From Lingula anatina (lineage: Eukaryota; Animalia; Brachiopoda): 64,000 nucleotides of DNA. The first letter of the stretch is position 1. Every line of letters begins with the position of its first letter. Where the stretch lies: the NCBI GenBank assembly GCA_051362555.1, contig CM120649.1:2046001-2110000 (forward strand), in the 5' to 3' direction. The notes below the pieces were generated by a model, which saw only the letters and a program-made list of their open reading frames with translations, was not told the origin of the DNA and made no database searches. The translations under genes were made by a program, and so were the position numbers. Shown piece by piece: positions 1-13,700 of the stretch.

Positions 1-459
1 AGATAAATGAGTGAGAAATGAATACTAGTAAATTAATCTTTAAATAAGTTGGTGTTGACCAGAAAAAACATTGTTGTTATAAAGATTTCCCAATTACTTA
101 ATTACTGATAAATTTTCGTATTAAAGTTGACAATATTTTTTAACTCAGTGATTCCCATGGACTTACCTATGATAGCAAAGCTGTTTTCATGTATACAGTG
201 TTAAGTTGATAAGAAGTTTAGAAAAGATTAGAAGAGTATTACACTGATAAGAAGTTTACTAGTATGAAAGTTTAACACTAATTATCTCTTGGGAACATGA
301 CATGTTAAATCACCAAGAAAAATAAAAAAGGTCACGTACAATAACATTCCTGTACAAAAGCCTCAAGTTTATCAAAGTTTTGAGCAATAGATTAAAAGAG
401 GTTTCCCTGTAGCATTTCCTGTCAATTCTGGTGTGTTGTATGGTGTTACGGTTTTCCAG

Positions 460-579
460 ACTGTGTTACGGTACCCAGATGGAGGTAGATGACTTTTTGA
501 TGGAAATACGAAATGGGAAAACAGTGTTAGCTGACAGCTGTTGTGTCAGAGTTAATGACATTGCTGCTAGACTACTGTG
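460..579 (+). CDS. Possible isolated 120-nt coding exon of an unknown gene
   Basis: Acceptor GTTTTCCAG ends at 459 and donor GTATGA starts at 580. Only one frame is open (LCYGTQMEVDDFLMEIRNGKTVLADSCCVRVNDIAARLL). No recognisable homology. Confidence 0.25.
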
Positions 580-955
580 GTATGAGAGGTGGGAAAACTG
601 AGATTTTTTTCTTCATCTTTTCTTCCCTTTTTCTTTTCTGTCTTTTTTTTCTTAAGAATGTCTTTTTGGTAAAGAGGAATTATTTATCCAGCTTTTATCA
701 TAATATTTACATAAGACTGAGGATGTTTTCAATATTTGCATTGTGCTGTTTACTAGATAAAATTTAAATGTATTTACCAAGAGTTTTAATGTTTGCCAGT
801 AGTGTAAGCAATTAAATTGTAAAACTCAATTTAATTTTTTTTCCCGAGTGTAATCGTAAAAAAATTTGAAAAGGGAAAACTTCTCAGTTGTCATGTACAG
901 TACTAGTAGGTGATTTCTACACACTACATATCATGTTTATTGTCTGTGATTGCTT

Positions 956-956
<1 letters not shown>

Positions 957-995
<39 letters not shown>
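957..995. repeat. poly-C homopolymer
   Basis: About 39 consecutive C. Confidence 0.95.
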
Positions 996-3900
996 ACTCT
1001 CTTGCTCCATTTTGACTAATTTGATTTTACCCTGGCTGTTCAGACATTTGTAACAAAATGAAAAAGTTGTTTGACATTTTTAAATGCATTATTGGCTGTG
1101 CTTTGAGCAAAGTGGCACAGAGTTTGTATTGGGTATTTTAATGGACATTTCTTCTCTGAAAATTAGTGTTAAGTTAACCAGAGTTCAAAAATTGAGTTCC
1201 CCAGACCTTTTATCCTTAGATGACTGGCCGGCACTCCTACCAGAAGAAAAGAAGATTTATAATAATTAAAGATGATCGGCTTTTTATTGGATTTTAATTT
1301 ACTAAGAGCATACTTTAAGAAGAACTACTCAGGAATTTTTCACGGTTTTCCAAGAAAATATTTGGAGAGACATGGAATTTTTCAAAATTGTTTTATTTTA
1401 TTATTATTAAGTTTTCAGGTCAAAGTTTTCTTTCCTCAAGCACAGTTTAAAAATTGCTTTTGGTCAAGTCAACAAATGTTATCAAAAGGCTTTTTATCAT
1501 CTTGCAACAACATGAAAAAAACACATTTATTGCTATGTATACATAGAAATGTAAATGGACTTTACAAAAACAAACTCTGAGGACAGCTGTCCTGTAACTA
1601 AAACATAACATTCAAAATATAACAAAATAATATTTTGAAAGCTTTAACAACCCACATCTGCTAAAACGCAAAGTTAAACAAAGGAGGACAATGAAACCTT
1701 GGGCAACATTGTGTCAAATTTCACTGAAAAGTGCTTCTTGTATCAGAGAGAATTTAATGTACATGTACCTGGTTGTAGATCAATGATGTTGTAATAAACC
1801 CCAATATTCACACATAAAAAAGTCTGTAAAACCCATCTCCAACCTGGGGAACTACGTCCTCAACTTGTATTCCTATTAAAATATTGCCAGTGGATTAGAA
1901 ATCTGTTGAATGATGGGGAAATATTTGCCACCACTTTCATCCACTACCAGGGTTGGGTCAGAGATTTCTGTGAAAAGCATGCTTTTCAGAAAGATTTTCA
2001 GGTTGGGCTTTGGACATATATTTAATTATGGGAGGAGAAAACAGATATTATTGCATTTGGAGTGCTCAAGTACATGAGGGTTTGCAAGTTAAAAAAAAGA
2101 GAGACAGCTGTTAAAGAAATAATCTTTAATCCAATTGATTTACAGTTTACCTTGAACTACGCCATTCTTTAAAACCACCATTTAGCATCAAGATATATGA
2201 AGTGTTAATGGAATTGTTCAGTTCTGTCCAGTGGCTTTTCTAACTTCAAAGAAATGCTTCATCTCCACTGGTCTTGTACTCAGGAACTCCACAGAGACGG
2301 GCTTCAATTAACTGGCGTCAATGTACAGGCTTTTTACGTAGCTTCACTTAGGGACTGAGTGCAGAATCAGATTCCGATAATTTGATTGACGAGAGGGTTG
2401 TTTTTGTTGATGACACTTGCTTTATTCACAAGAGAGTACTGTACTAGTATTTGAAGAGCAAAGTCCTCTGCCAAGAAAAAACAAATAATGATTATTTTAA
2501 AATTATAGGTCCAGGAGAACTGCCTACTTTTGGAAAATGTAATCACTTCTTAAATTCCCTCCTGAATAAATATGATAATCCAAAAAATCAGTCAAAATTT
2601 GCATCAAACTCTTTGGAAACTCACTAAGTCGTGTTTCCAACCAGGATGGGTCATCCTATATTATGTTAAACCATCTCTGCAGGTTTTCTGATTGGGATTA
2701 GGGTCACACTAGGTTGCAATGGGCCCTTTCCTGTCCCACTGTTGTCCCATCCATCACTTTTGTAATTGATTTAGAACCAGGTGGTTAAGAGTTACTTATC
2801 ACAAAAAGCCAGTCTAATCCCTTTGTTGTCCCGCAAAGCTTTTGGTTTCAAGACCAAACTTTACGGGTAACTGACTGCTAGTACTTGTTCAAATACTGAT
2901 AACTAAAAATTAAAATTTTGCTGACAGATCTTAAGTGTCTGCTTATCACTGTATGTTTGTCTGTATAAACATGGGGTGCGTTCAGTGTTGTTTTAACAAA
3001 AACGGTTTTGGACTTTTCTTTCGGAAGTAGATAATTTGAATGCAGTTTTAACTCACCTTGGTCAGTACCGGGAATTTCACTGACTAGTATATATAATGCC
3101 TTAACTCAGGATTTCACCGCAAGTCCTATACCAATTGCAAACTGATCTCATAGTAGAATTTAGTCAGAAAAACAGTTTTGGTTGAAATGGTGCTGGACAC
3201 AGCTTTTATGATTGGATAACCCCAGGTGCAGGATAGGAGTGAATAATATTGTAAATAGTCTTGATATTTTGCCGCATACTTGAAAGGATTAAGAACTTAA
3301 GGTGCATGGAGCTATCCAGAATTAATTAGTTTCATTTCTGTGTATCACCTGTGAAGAAGAGGGGAGATAAGCTGAATATGAGTTTTCTTAAATATTACAT
3401 TTGGAAATATTAAAGACATAAATTTGTGTTTTAAAGAAAATGTTACTTTTTCATAGTACAAATTTGCTTGATCAGGAATTCCAAAAAAATTAAGTATCTG
3501 AAAATGACACAGACAATGAGTTTTAATTCAAAAAGAAAAAAACTGTTATAGTCAGAGTAAAATAAATCAAATTAATTTTTCCTAAACCAGAAATACTAAG
3601 AAATAGAATTAATGGCAATTGAGATTTCCAGTCCCGGAGCAAAACACGTACCCCGTAATCTTTTATGCATATTGTGTATTTGAATAGTGTAGAATATTTT
3701 GTGCACACAGCTTCATTTCTGGGTCCGGAATCCAAAAGAACTGAAATCAATAAATACTCCATGCATGAACGTGACAGGTCTTCATAGATCTGGTATTCAT
3801 AACAGGGATCAGGATTTGGGTATCTGAGCCAGAATTTTCAAGTTGTACCAGTTACTTGAATGAGTAATAGTGTAAATAGACTAGTACTCTCAGACTGATA

Positions 3901-4179
3901 TTCTGCACCCCAAGGTGATCTACTCTGGAGAAGTTATGTAGAATAACTAGAAATATGGGGTGCGTCTTGGAGACCTTAAAGAATAAGTTTTCATCTGGAG
4001 AGCTTGGGGAAAACTAACGTGACTTGATGTATGAGTTCTCTGAATGGCTTGCCTCCTGGCACCTATACCAAGTATATACTTCTGCACTACTGTTTAGTTG
4101 TATCAAAATATAGCAAGGCTTGTTTTAGATGAGTATTCTAGTGGCACAGCATACTCAGGGTGACAGCTAAGGAAACATG

Positions 4180-4945
4180 AGTTGGGTCACATGGTTTGTC
4201 GTGGAGAACAGCACACAGTGGTACGTTACTGTTGGAATACACAGACGTGAGCTTTCCAGTAGATGAACATAAGCTGGTTCTGACAGGTTGGATAAAACTA
4301 TAGGCTTGTTTGTAGGGTCACGTAACATTTCTTTGGAGAAAAGCAACCTGTGGTTCCTATTTACAATAGCTGTTGGAATTTACACATAGAGGAGAGATTT
4401 CCAGTCCTTAGTAGCTACATGTAGCTCTGAAACTCTTAGTTGACATCAGGATTGGTTTGTTGCGTCACCTGACATTTCCTTGGAGAAAAGAACTCCGTTT
4501 TCTTTGAACACACAAATTTAAGATTTAAGTCGACTTGAGTTTTGGCAGTAGACCGTGATCCGCGGGGTACCAGTGAGGACACATATGATCTGGGTCACAT
4601 GGCATTCCTGCGAGAACATCACTCTGTTGATACACAGTGACTGTGTGAATACACAGACCCACACGTAGGGGGTGACTATACAGCAATACTTAGTGGTAGC
4701 ACTTTCTGCAAGATTTGGTTTCTGAGACATGTGACAGATATATTGTTGAAAACTGATGGAAAAATGAAGCTGAAATGTTATGGATGAGAAGACCCATAGC
4801 ACAAAGAACAATATATTGTAGTATCTCAGTAACAAAGAGGAATTGACTTCTTTTGGAAGCACTGTGCAGGTATATTGTTGAAACTGCAGAAAAATGAGGC
4901 TGAAATGGAATAAAGTTGATGAGAAGACGATGGTTGCCAAAGAAA
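4180..4945. repeat. Highly degenerate tandem repeat, unit about 130-147 bp
   Basis: GGGTCAC-like anchors followed by GGAGAA-like motifs recur at about 4184, 4315, 4462 and 4592. A second related pair (TATATTGTTGAAA...GCTGAAATG...GATGAGAAGAC) occurs at about 4738 and 4870. Confidence 0.5.
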
Positions 4946-5229
4946 CATGTCACAGTGGTTGCTGATGAATAGGACCAACTACTAGACTTAGTACAGATTA
5001 CTTTGGGAGATTGCCATTGTGCAAAAAAACACTGAAGTGTAATGTGGCGAAAATTTGGTAACATTTTGTATGGATTTTTGACAGAATATAAGTCAGAATA
5101 TCTGTACAAGTACAAGTACTTGTGACTTTTGAGGAAGCTGTAGTGAATAGATAAATTAACCAGTGATTGTGACTTACAGAAGGAAAAAAAAAAAACAACA
5201 GATAAACAAACAACACAGAGAGCACCAAA

Positions 5230-8200
5230 ATGCTGGCTTCGCCTTCTTTGCAGAGGCAATCTGGTGAGTACGTGACGCACATGTAGGTGCACACATTTAA
5301 TGCATGCTTGTAAAACATGCATGGATGAGGGGAGAGAGGGGGAAAAGAGAGTAAGAGAGAATTCATACATTTCCCAGAAAATTTAATATTTTAATATTTA
5401 ATTTTAAAAGCTCAATGCATTGTCAGCTAGTAAAGTTGACTTGCTGTTGTTGAAATGAAATTTTAAAAAATGTAGCAGATGAGTAAAGTGGTAGATATTG
5501 TATAAGTAATTGCATTTGACTGATGATGTAAGATAAATTTAGTACTAAAAGTAAAATTTCTCTAATTGCTCTGATTTATGGGGTTTCATTATGTCTTCTG
5601 TTTATGCCTACAGTGCGTATGCATGTGCGCGCGTTCATGCATTTGGGTTTGTTTGTGCATGTACAAGCATGTGTAATGTGTGTCATTATTATAGAACCAT
5701 TTTCACCCTCCAAAACTCAGGGTGTTCATGTCTCCTACAAACGTACCAAAACAATTAATATTAGATGTCATATAATCAATCACAAAGTCATTCCCCGCCC
5801 TCTGAGTATCTGAGTTTACGTGTATCCTACATACTGTGATGTTAATGGAATCAATCAATAATCATCAATCACGGTCTCATTACATTTGAGATAGATTCAG
5901 GGACTGTTACGTCATTTCATCCTGGGACAATAAGTTACTGTAATGTCATTGTACTAGGGTTGTCTGGAGTGCGCTAGAACTCTGAAGATGTGTTTTGAAC
6001 CGTGAACCATGGGCATCCTGTCATGCTGATTCTAATTTATAATTGATAGATTTGCATTTTATCCCATCACATTCACTTCCTAAAGACATTGATTTGGGTT
6101 GGAAAAAAAAGTAAGAGGAAGCAGCTCTGTGACCAGCCATACATGGTAGTGTATAAATATAATCGAAATCTAACAAAGGTAATGTGATCAGGAAATGTGG
6201 GATGCCTTAAATGCCCCCCCCCCCATTCACAAGAAAAAAAAAAAAAAAAAAGGCCATGCCCATCCCTTTCATTGTCAGTTCTGAAATTGAGTAGAGTTCA
6301 GATGAAGCTATAATAATTATGATTTGAATGTCCTGAAAAGCAGGTTGGGCGCCTGTCTAGAAACACTTCCTTAGAGTACGTACCTTAAAATAATCTATCT
6401 TGAAAAAAAAAATCATGGAATAAGTGAGGTGTTTAAAGCTTGTGGGCAGTGTTGATAACCAGTGCTTCTCTAAGTGACTGACATTGGAGAAATAGTATTG
6501 ACTATCAGTGGCTACGTGCCTCCCACAGTGGTTATGTTTTTATGACATGCATACACTATCATACAATTAAGTCAGCAGGTATTGTTTGACAAGTGGGCTT
6601 AAAAAATGGACTTTAAAAAACTCGGGCTAAGTGCTTGTAATGGAAAAGAGCATTGAGGCTGAATGTGTTTTCTGTGGAGACAGTTTGCGTAGCCAAATGT
6701 ACTGTACATTATCAGGTGTGTCTGTGATATGGAACAAGAAGTCAGCTTTTGTAAACAGGGATTTATTATCATTCGGTCCTTAAGGGGGATCAATATGAAA
6801 GGATATTTCCTTATAGCTTTAGATAATGCAGAAGTAAACATTGACATGTTATAAAAAATAAAGTCGTCGCATCAAATACAGTGAATACATCTGGTTGAAT
6901 TTGCCAACTCAAACCAGATGACTTGACAACATCACATTTTGGAGTGAGAACTGTTCTATCAATTTTCCTCACCTGAACGGCCATCAACATTTATTTAATA
7001 GCAAAAATATATAGTACAATCTGTAGCCAAGAATTTTTTTGAGCCAAAGCTTTCTTCTGATTTTATCAGTAAAGTGGTGAAGTAATACATTTGTGTACTA
7101 GTAATGGAACATAAAGCAGTTTATTTGAAACTTTATTACCTGCAACAAGGAGGCAATGTTTTTGTTACTGTTTGTTATTTGCTGTTATTTCTGTTATATT
7201 TCTGAACTTTAAGATACCAAGTTTTTCATTTGATCCCTTAAGTATGGGCACTTGGATAAAATCCAGGGCAGTCCATAAAGCTGTGTATTTGCAGCTTGAA
7301 ATGTAAATAATGTCAATAGTGAAACATAAAAAGCAGTTGGGTTAAAAATGTGTTACTTTAGCAGTATGAATATAGCCTGCATGCTTCTTAACTCCTTTTC
7401 TTACTTCATTTTATAATGCTGAGTATTCGGTCTATTTTTCACAGACTTTCAATTTGTAATTTTCTTAACATTTCCTATCGGAGTATTAATCTGTAAGTTT
7501 AAGTTCCACCTTAGAATCAAGTGTTATTGTTTCCTATGTCATTTGACCTGAGTTACTGATATGATATGGTACTAGTAATCACTTGGATCTTTTCAATGGG
7601 GGGAAATTGTGAATTTTACAGATACTGTATTTGTAAGTCATAATTTCTTAAAATTAAAACATTCCTGTTGACTGGTAGCAACAATTTTTACAAACAGGTT
7701 ACTTCATAGTTCTATTGTATGCAGTAAAAGCAACACAAAAATACATATGTATAGAATTTTTTTTTTTTTTTTTTTTTGTGATTATAAAATCATGCATTTA
7801 TCCGGGAGCGATGCCTGTGTCAGAAACAACAGAACCCAAATAAACCTTATCATATATTTGAAAGTTTGATCTTTTTTGCCCATTGAAAAGGTTGAGTCAT
7901 TACCATATAATATTGGTAACTCTGCTACAGTGGCAGAGTATGCTGTTAGTGGGAACTTACTGTATATTTCCAGCAGTTTAGGGTGAGGATAGTTCATAAA
8001 AGAGTTATAATTATCTCAGTAGAGATTTACAAAAGTTTTTGTTTCTATATTTCAGCCTTTGGATCATTTGGTCCTGCCAGCCGGCTCAAGACTCTGGAAG
8101 GAGGCACCCCTATCTCTATGGAAGTAGCCCTGGTCAGTATGAACATGTACACAGACATACATACAGAATTACACATGTGTGCATATATGCACATGAATGC

Positions 8201-10674
8201 GATCTCATGTGCACTTGCATGCATGTGTGTTTCAGCACGTATAATTGCATGTATGAACATAGAAGTGCACATGTGAATGTAATATATGTGCACTTACACA
8301 TGTTTGCATTTGTGTATACATCCATGCCTTTACAATAAGGCTCATCATTATTACTTTGTGAAATAAAACTTAATTTGGACAATGCAATACATATTCAACT
8401 TTCAAAGGTCAGTTATGTGTTATTAAGTTGGACAATGCAATCAGTGTTTGCCTCTTAGGAAAATAAGTTGCTGGACCAAAAGTCCAGCCATTTTGAAAAG
8501 TAATTGAAAGTATACATCCATGCCTTTACAATAAGGCTCATCATCATTGTGTTTGAGAACATTATATCTATATATAACTGAAAGTTTGAAAAAACGACAC
8601 ACCCACCAATAGCAATAGTCGTTTTATTCTGTGCTGCTTCCCAGTAATCATTCAATAAGTATTGTATAGCTTTGTATAATTGTTGCTAAGTTGTTATGAC
8701 TAGTGTAGAGAGCCTGTAAAATGTAATATGTATGCATTTTAGTGCTCAATAAAGATTATTATTACTTTGTGAAATAAAACTTAATTTGGACAATGCAATA
8801 CATATTCAACTTTCAAAGATCAGTTATGTGTTATTAAGTTGGACAATGCAATCAGTGTTTGCCTCTTAGGAAAATAAGTTGCTGGACCAAAAGTCCAGCC
8901 ATTTTGAAAAGTAGCTGGACTGATTGTCTGCCGGGAGGGAAAACTTCTCAGCCCATTCTGAAAGATGTCGGCCCCAGGCAGACGGTCCAGCCTTAATTTC
9001 TAACACTGAATGCAATACATACTGTATTCAACTTTCAAAAGTCAGTTATATATTAAGTTGGTATGAAATAAACTGACTTGATCTTCTCCGTCCAGACATG
9101 AGATCATTAAATCAATAGTGTGTTAAGATCAATACCTGATAACGCTGATGTGACGTCAAGTATTGATCAAGTTCATCATGGGATGATCTCAGTAGAATAA
9201 CTTAACTTAGCACTGAGTTAACTTTACAGGGGTGAGGTAACACAGAGAAATAAAATCAATTCATTTTGTTTTGCCACAAATTATGTCAGAAGTGAGTTGT
9301 GTCTGAGAACTCTTATGAGTATGAAAAGGTTAACTTAATAAAATAAATATTGACCTCGGTTTAATGGACATATCATTCTGTAATTAATTATAAATTCCTT
9401 TATATGAATATATATAGTCCAATATGAATATTGTAATGAAATCAAATGATTAAATCAACTGTTAATTGAAAATCGCTTATATAATTATAAAAGTTGAAGA
9501 AATTAAACCTAATAGGGATAATATTGTACTAAGTTTTCATAAAGATCCAGATTCCATTCCTTTTCTTCTCTGCTAAATTAATTATGCTCGTCTGTTAAAT
9601 ATTTGTCATCATCATTGTCATTGTCGTCATCATATTATAATAGTTTTATTACTTTACTAGGCACTGCGAAAACTTGTCACAGGTACTACAGTCCACAAAC
9701 TGACACAAGACTGGATGAAGCTTGGCTTTATGTTTCAGAATGAGAATGGACCATTTGCCTATGGAATCTACACACAGAAGGTAACAAAACAGAGCTGAAT
9801 TAAAACTGGAGTTTTATAAAAAAAGACTTGAAATGATATACGTGCTTAAGTATAAAAGTCTATAAGCAGATATGCTAGTAAAAGATGAATTAAATGATTT
9901 TATGTTATGATATGTTAGATGATATGTTAGATGTGTGGAAATATTTGATTGTTCATTTTATAATGTCTTGCAGTTGTTTTTATACAGTTTGCCCAGATTA
10001 GAGGTATAATTTTTCTTTTATTTATTTATTTATTTTAGAATGGCTCCAAAGGATTTATACTCTGTGTACAGGCATTCATTTTGAAGCATCTACTCTTTAG
10101 ACATTCTAGAGACCTTGACGCACCTTTTGACTTGAGGTGAGCACAATGTGTGTGTGTGTGTGTATGTATTGTGTGTGTCCATGAAAACTGAAGGGTCTAA
10201 ACTTCTGATATTTTCTCACATATAAATAGATTGGTATTTCAGTGTTTTTTTCCACCTTCATTTTTGCATTAAACTGACAACTGAAGGAGACAATTAATGA
10301 TAATAATTCAATATAATATAATAACTAAATGATAATAAAGAGTAACAAGTAAACATTTCTTTGACTGAATAATCTTCCTCTAGAACTCCTATATACTACC
10401 CTTTGTATCATATTAACTGTAGCAGTTTAGCGAATGAGGTGTGCTTGTTTATTTATGCTTTTCTAGATATTTAACATAGAATTTCTGTTTTCCAGTCTGT
10501 TACAACCCACAAGTTGGAAGCGCAGAGATGCGTTAATAGATGCGTTAACGGAGATCCTGTGGCAGGCGGGTGGGAAGACCAGGTGCTGCGTCGCGCTGAT
10601 ACAGGAAACTCGCTGCTTTGATCTTCCTATTGGATACAGACAAGACTGCCTGTCAGAATACGTAAGTACTGCAT

Positions 10675-10720
<46 letters not shown>

Positions 10721-13700
10721 ATACAGACACGTACAATCCCATACACATATGGGCACAAGTACAAACTCACACTCAAACACTCACACATGCTTGTTAATTT
10801 TACAAACAAGTGATCAGATGCACATTTGCCTGCACACACACACACAAAGAGTGATTTTGGAAATGTGATAACTCACTTTACATTTATTTGCTTTCAGCTC
10901 CACTTATTTTACTTTACAAAGTTCCAAGAATTACGCACATGTATCAAGACATATATAAGTTATGTAAGTATAAATCCTTGCAAGTACAGATATTAAAGTT
11001 TTAATCAATACAGTTTAAAATATAGGAGCACTTAAATATATCATTTATATGTTAGTGAAATAATCAATTATCACCTTTTAGTGTATTATCATTTTAGAAA
11101 TAAATTATAAGGATAACAAGGCTGAAAACAAAGCTGGCATAAAGTGTGATGATGAGCCTTTTCTTCTCTCATAAATACACCTGAACAACATTATTAGCTA
11201 TTAGTATGTATTTCTGAATGTGATGATAGTGTAAACTTGACTCTCCTTAATATATTGTTTAATAGAAAAATAAAAGTTTGTTTATAAGGTTTTATCACTA
11301 CTTCACTTTTATCCCCCACCCAACCACCTTACAACCTTACCCCCTTCACATAGCCTTACTCCCACATCTGTTTATATTCTACCCTACTTCTTCCCCACAC
11401 AGTTGTGTTCTCCCCATTTCAGTTTGAGTATGAGAGCAGTCATGGTGCACTCCTCTTCCTGTACAGCCTCGTGCTATCACGCAGTATAGACCAGTAAGTA
11501 CTAGGAACATGTACATGCATCCATGCACCTGCACTATAAACACATTCCTTTCCTGCCTATTGGGGTGTAGAGCAATAAGTAGGATGAACATACTTGAACA
11601 TGCATGCATGCGTACACTCAACGGTGGATTGCTGTGGTACCTATTATACAGTGTAGAAAAGTAAGATGCAGCAGGCATGATCACTAGTTAAAACATGCAT
11701 GCATGAACACACGTGCACGCGCACACACTCACACAGACTTCTGCAAAAGACTCTTGTTGAGGAAATGTTACTAATTTCATAAAGGTAGACATATATGTAA
11801 ACCTACCTATTTTTGATTATATTCCCTTAAACCTTTACACACTAAACCTTAAAGCTAAAACTTTGATAAGTGTTTGTTTTTTAATAGAAGAACTATTATA
11901 ATTTCAAATTTAGTCATAGTAATGCACCCTGACTTTTAAAAGAAACTCATCATTGTTACAGTAAGCTAGTGGAAATGGTAAAGGTATGCTAAAAATTGAT
12001 AGTTCAGTTTCCAGGAATTTCTGAAACCTAAGGTACAGTAAAGTATTTTCCTTAAATTTAACACTTTTCTCTCAGGGTCCTAAATGACATGGGAGAGGTG
12101 AAGTATAAACAGCTGATCACAGACCAGGAGGACACCAGTATACCCCTGGTCAACTTAGTCCTGACTGGCCGCGCTGTCCCCTTCCAACACAATGGAGACC
12201 AAATATATGATGATGATGGGAAAGTATTGGTAAGATTGAATGTTACAGTAAAACGGTTAATACAGTTACTTCAGACAAATTTCAGATTTGTTGCGTATAG
12301 TATTTGTTATGTACAAAGTAAAATTCTGTATGATGTTTCAATAATAATTACTTCAGTACTTTTTTAATATTATATGTATAATAACAGTACTATTATTAGA
12401 ATTATATGTTCTATTCCTATGTGCAACAGCAAATTAGTTATTTTTTTCTTCACTATTGGTTCCCTAAGAAATAGTATATGTGTATTATTCATGTAATGTG
12501 ACAGTGGTAAACAGCAAATTCAGGAATATAAATTAATAGTTTATTGTACCACCAGCGTTAGCGCTGGCGGTACACATGGTTTCGGTCTCGTCCGGATCGT
12601 TCCGCCGGCTCCGCCGGACGGCTACCGTTACCGCTTCTCCTCCTAGACGGTAAGGCCCCCCATACCCATCTCATGGATTTAGGTCACCTATAATCTCAAC
12701 TCGTTCCACGTAAAATTTGGGCTTTGTCGGTATTGGGGTCTGGGTGTGGCACTCATTGCAATGCACCCTTGTCCAAAAATGGCAAAATTAAATGCTAATT
12801 ATCTACCCTACGGAAGGAGTTACGGGAAAATTTTCTACAGACGGCTTTCCAAAAGTCATATGTGTAGATTTCAAATATACCCTCGGATTTGACCTTTGAC
12901 CTTTACTTCAAGGTCAAATGGGCCAAAATTTTCAAAAAAATGAAATTTTTTACGAAAAAAAAATTTTTTGCCCTTTTATTCAGACACCACACAGACTTAA
13001 CCAATAATATTATTGGAAAGTGTTACCCTTCAGGTCATCTTTCATCTCCGTGAATTTGGGGTCAATCGGTGCATTTTCACAGGAGTAGCGGCCATAAGAT
13101 ACCGAAACTGAAAACTGTCTCTAATTCGGGAACCGTTAATGCTAGAGACCCATTCTTTTTTGCATTTTGTAGAGCATGTAAAGCCCAACACTGGAGGTGG
13201 TCTCGGTTTTTTTGTATTCCATACGGTTTTCGAGTTACGCTGTATCAAAAAGTACATATTGGTGGTGAAAGGAAAATGTACGGAAGCCCACTGGTGCCAT
13301 ATGTAGAAAAAAAAATTATCTCGAAATTTCGAGATACTATTTTGAAATTTGAACAAAAAAATTTACCACCAGCGTTAGCGCTGGCGGTACACATGGTTTC
13401 GGTCCCGTCCGGTCCGTTCCGCCGGCTCCGCCGCCATGTTACCGTTACCGCTTCTCCTCCTAGACGGTAAGGGCCCCCGTACCCATCTCATGGATTTAGG
13501 TCACCTATAATCTCAACTCGTTCCACGTAAAATTTGGGCTTTGTCGGTATTGGGGTCTGGGTGTGGCACTCATTGCAATGCACCCTTGTCTAAAAATGGC
13601 AAAATTAAATGCTAATTATCTACCCTACAGAAGGAGTTACGGGAAAATTTTCTATAGACGGCTTTCCAAAAGTCATATGTGTAGATTTCAAATATACCCT

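Noticed and set aside
4518-5370. Minus-strand ORFs of 122-226 aa
   Set aside because: Three overlapping frames with F/L/S/C-biased composition, running through poly-T. No homology or supporting splice structure.
7983-8382. Cluster of overlapping His/Met/Cys-rich ORFs
   Set aside because: Only 8056-8132 is exonic. The rest is a degenerate alternating purine-pyrimidine microsatellite.
11146-11217. Possible C/D-box snoRNA (GTGATGA ... CTGA) in a MINDY4B intron
   Set aside because: No terminal stem and no recognisable rRNA-complementary guide. Such boxes are common by chance.
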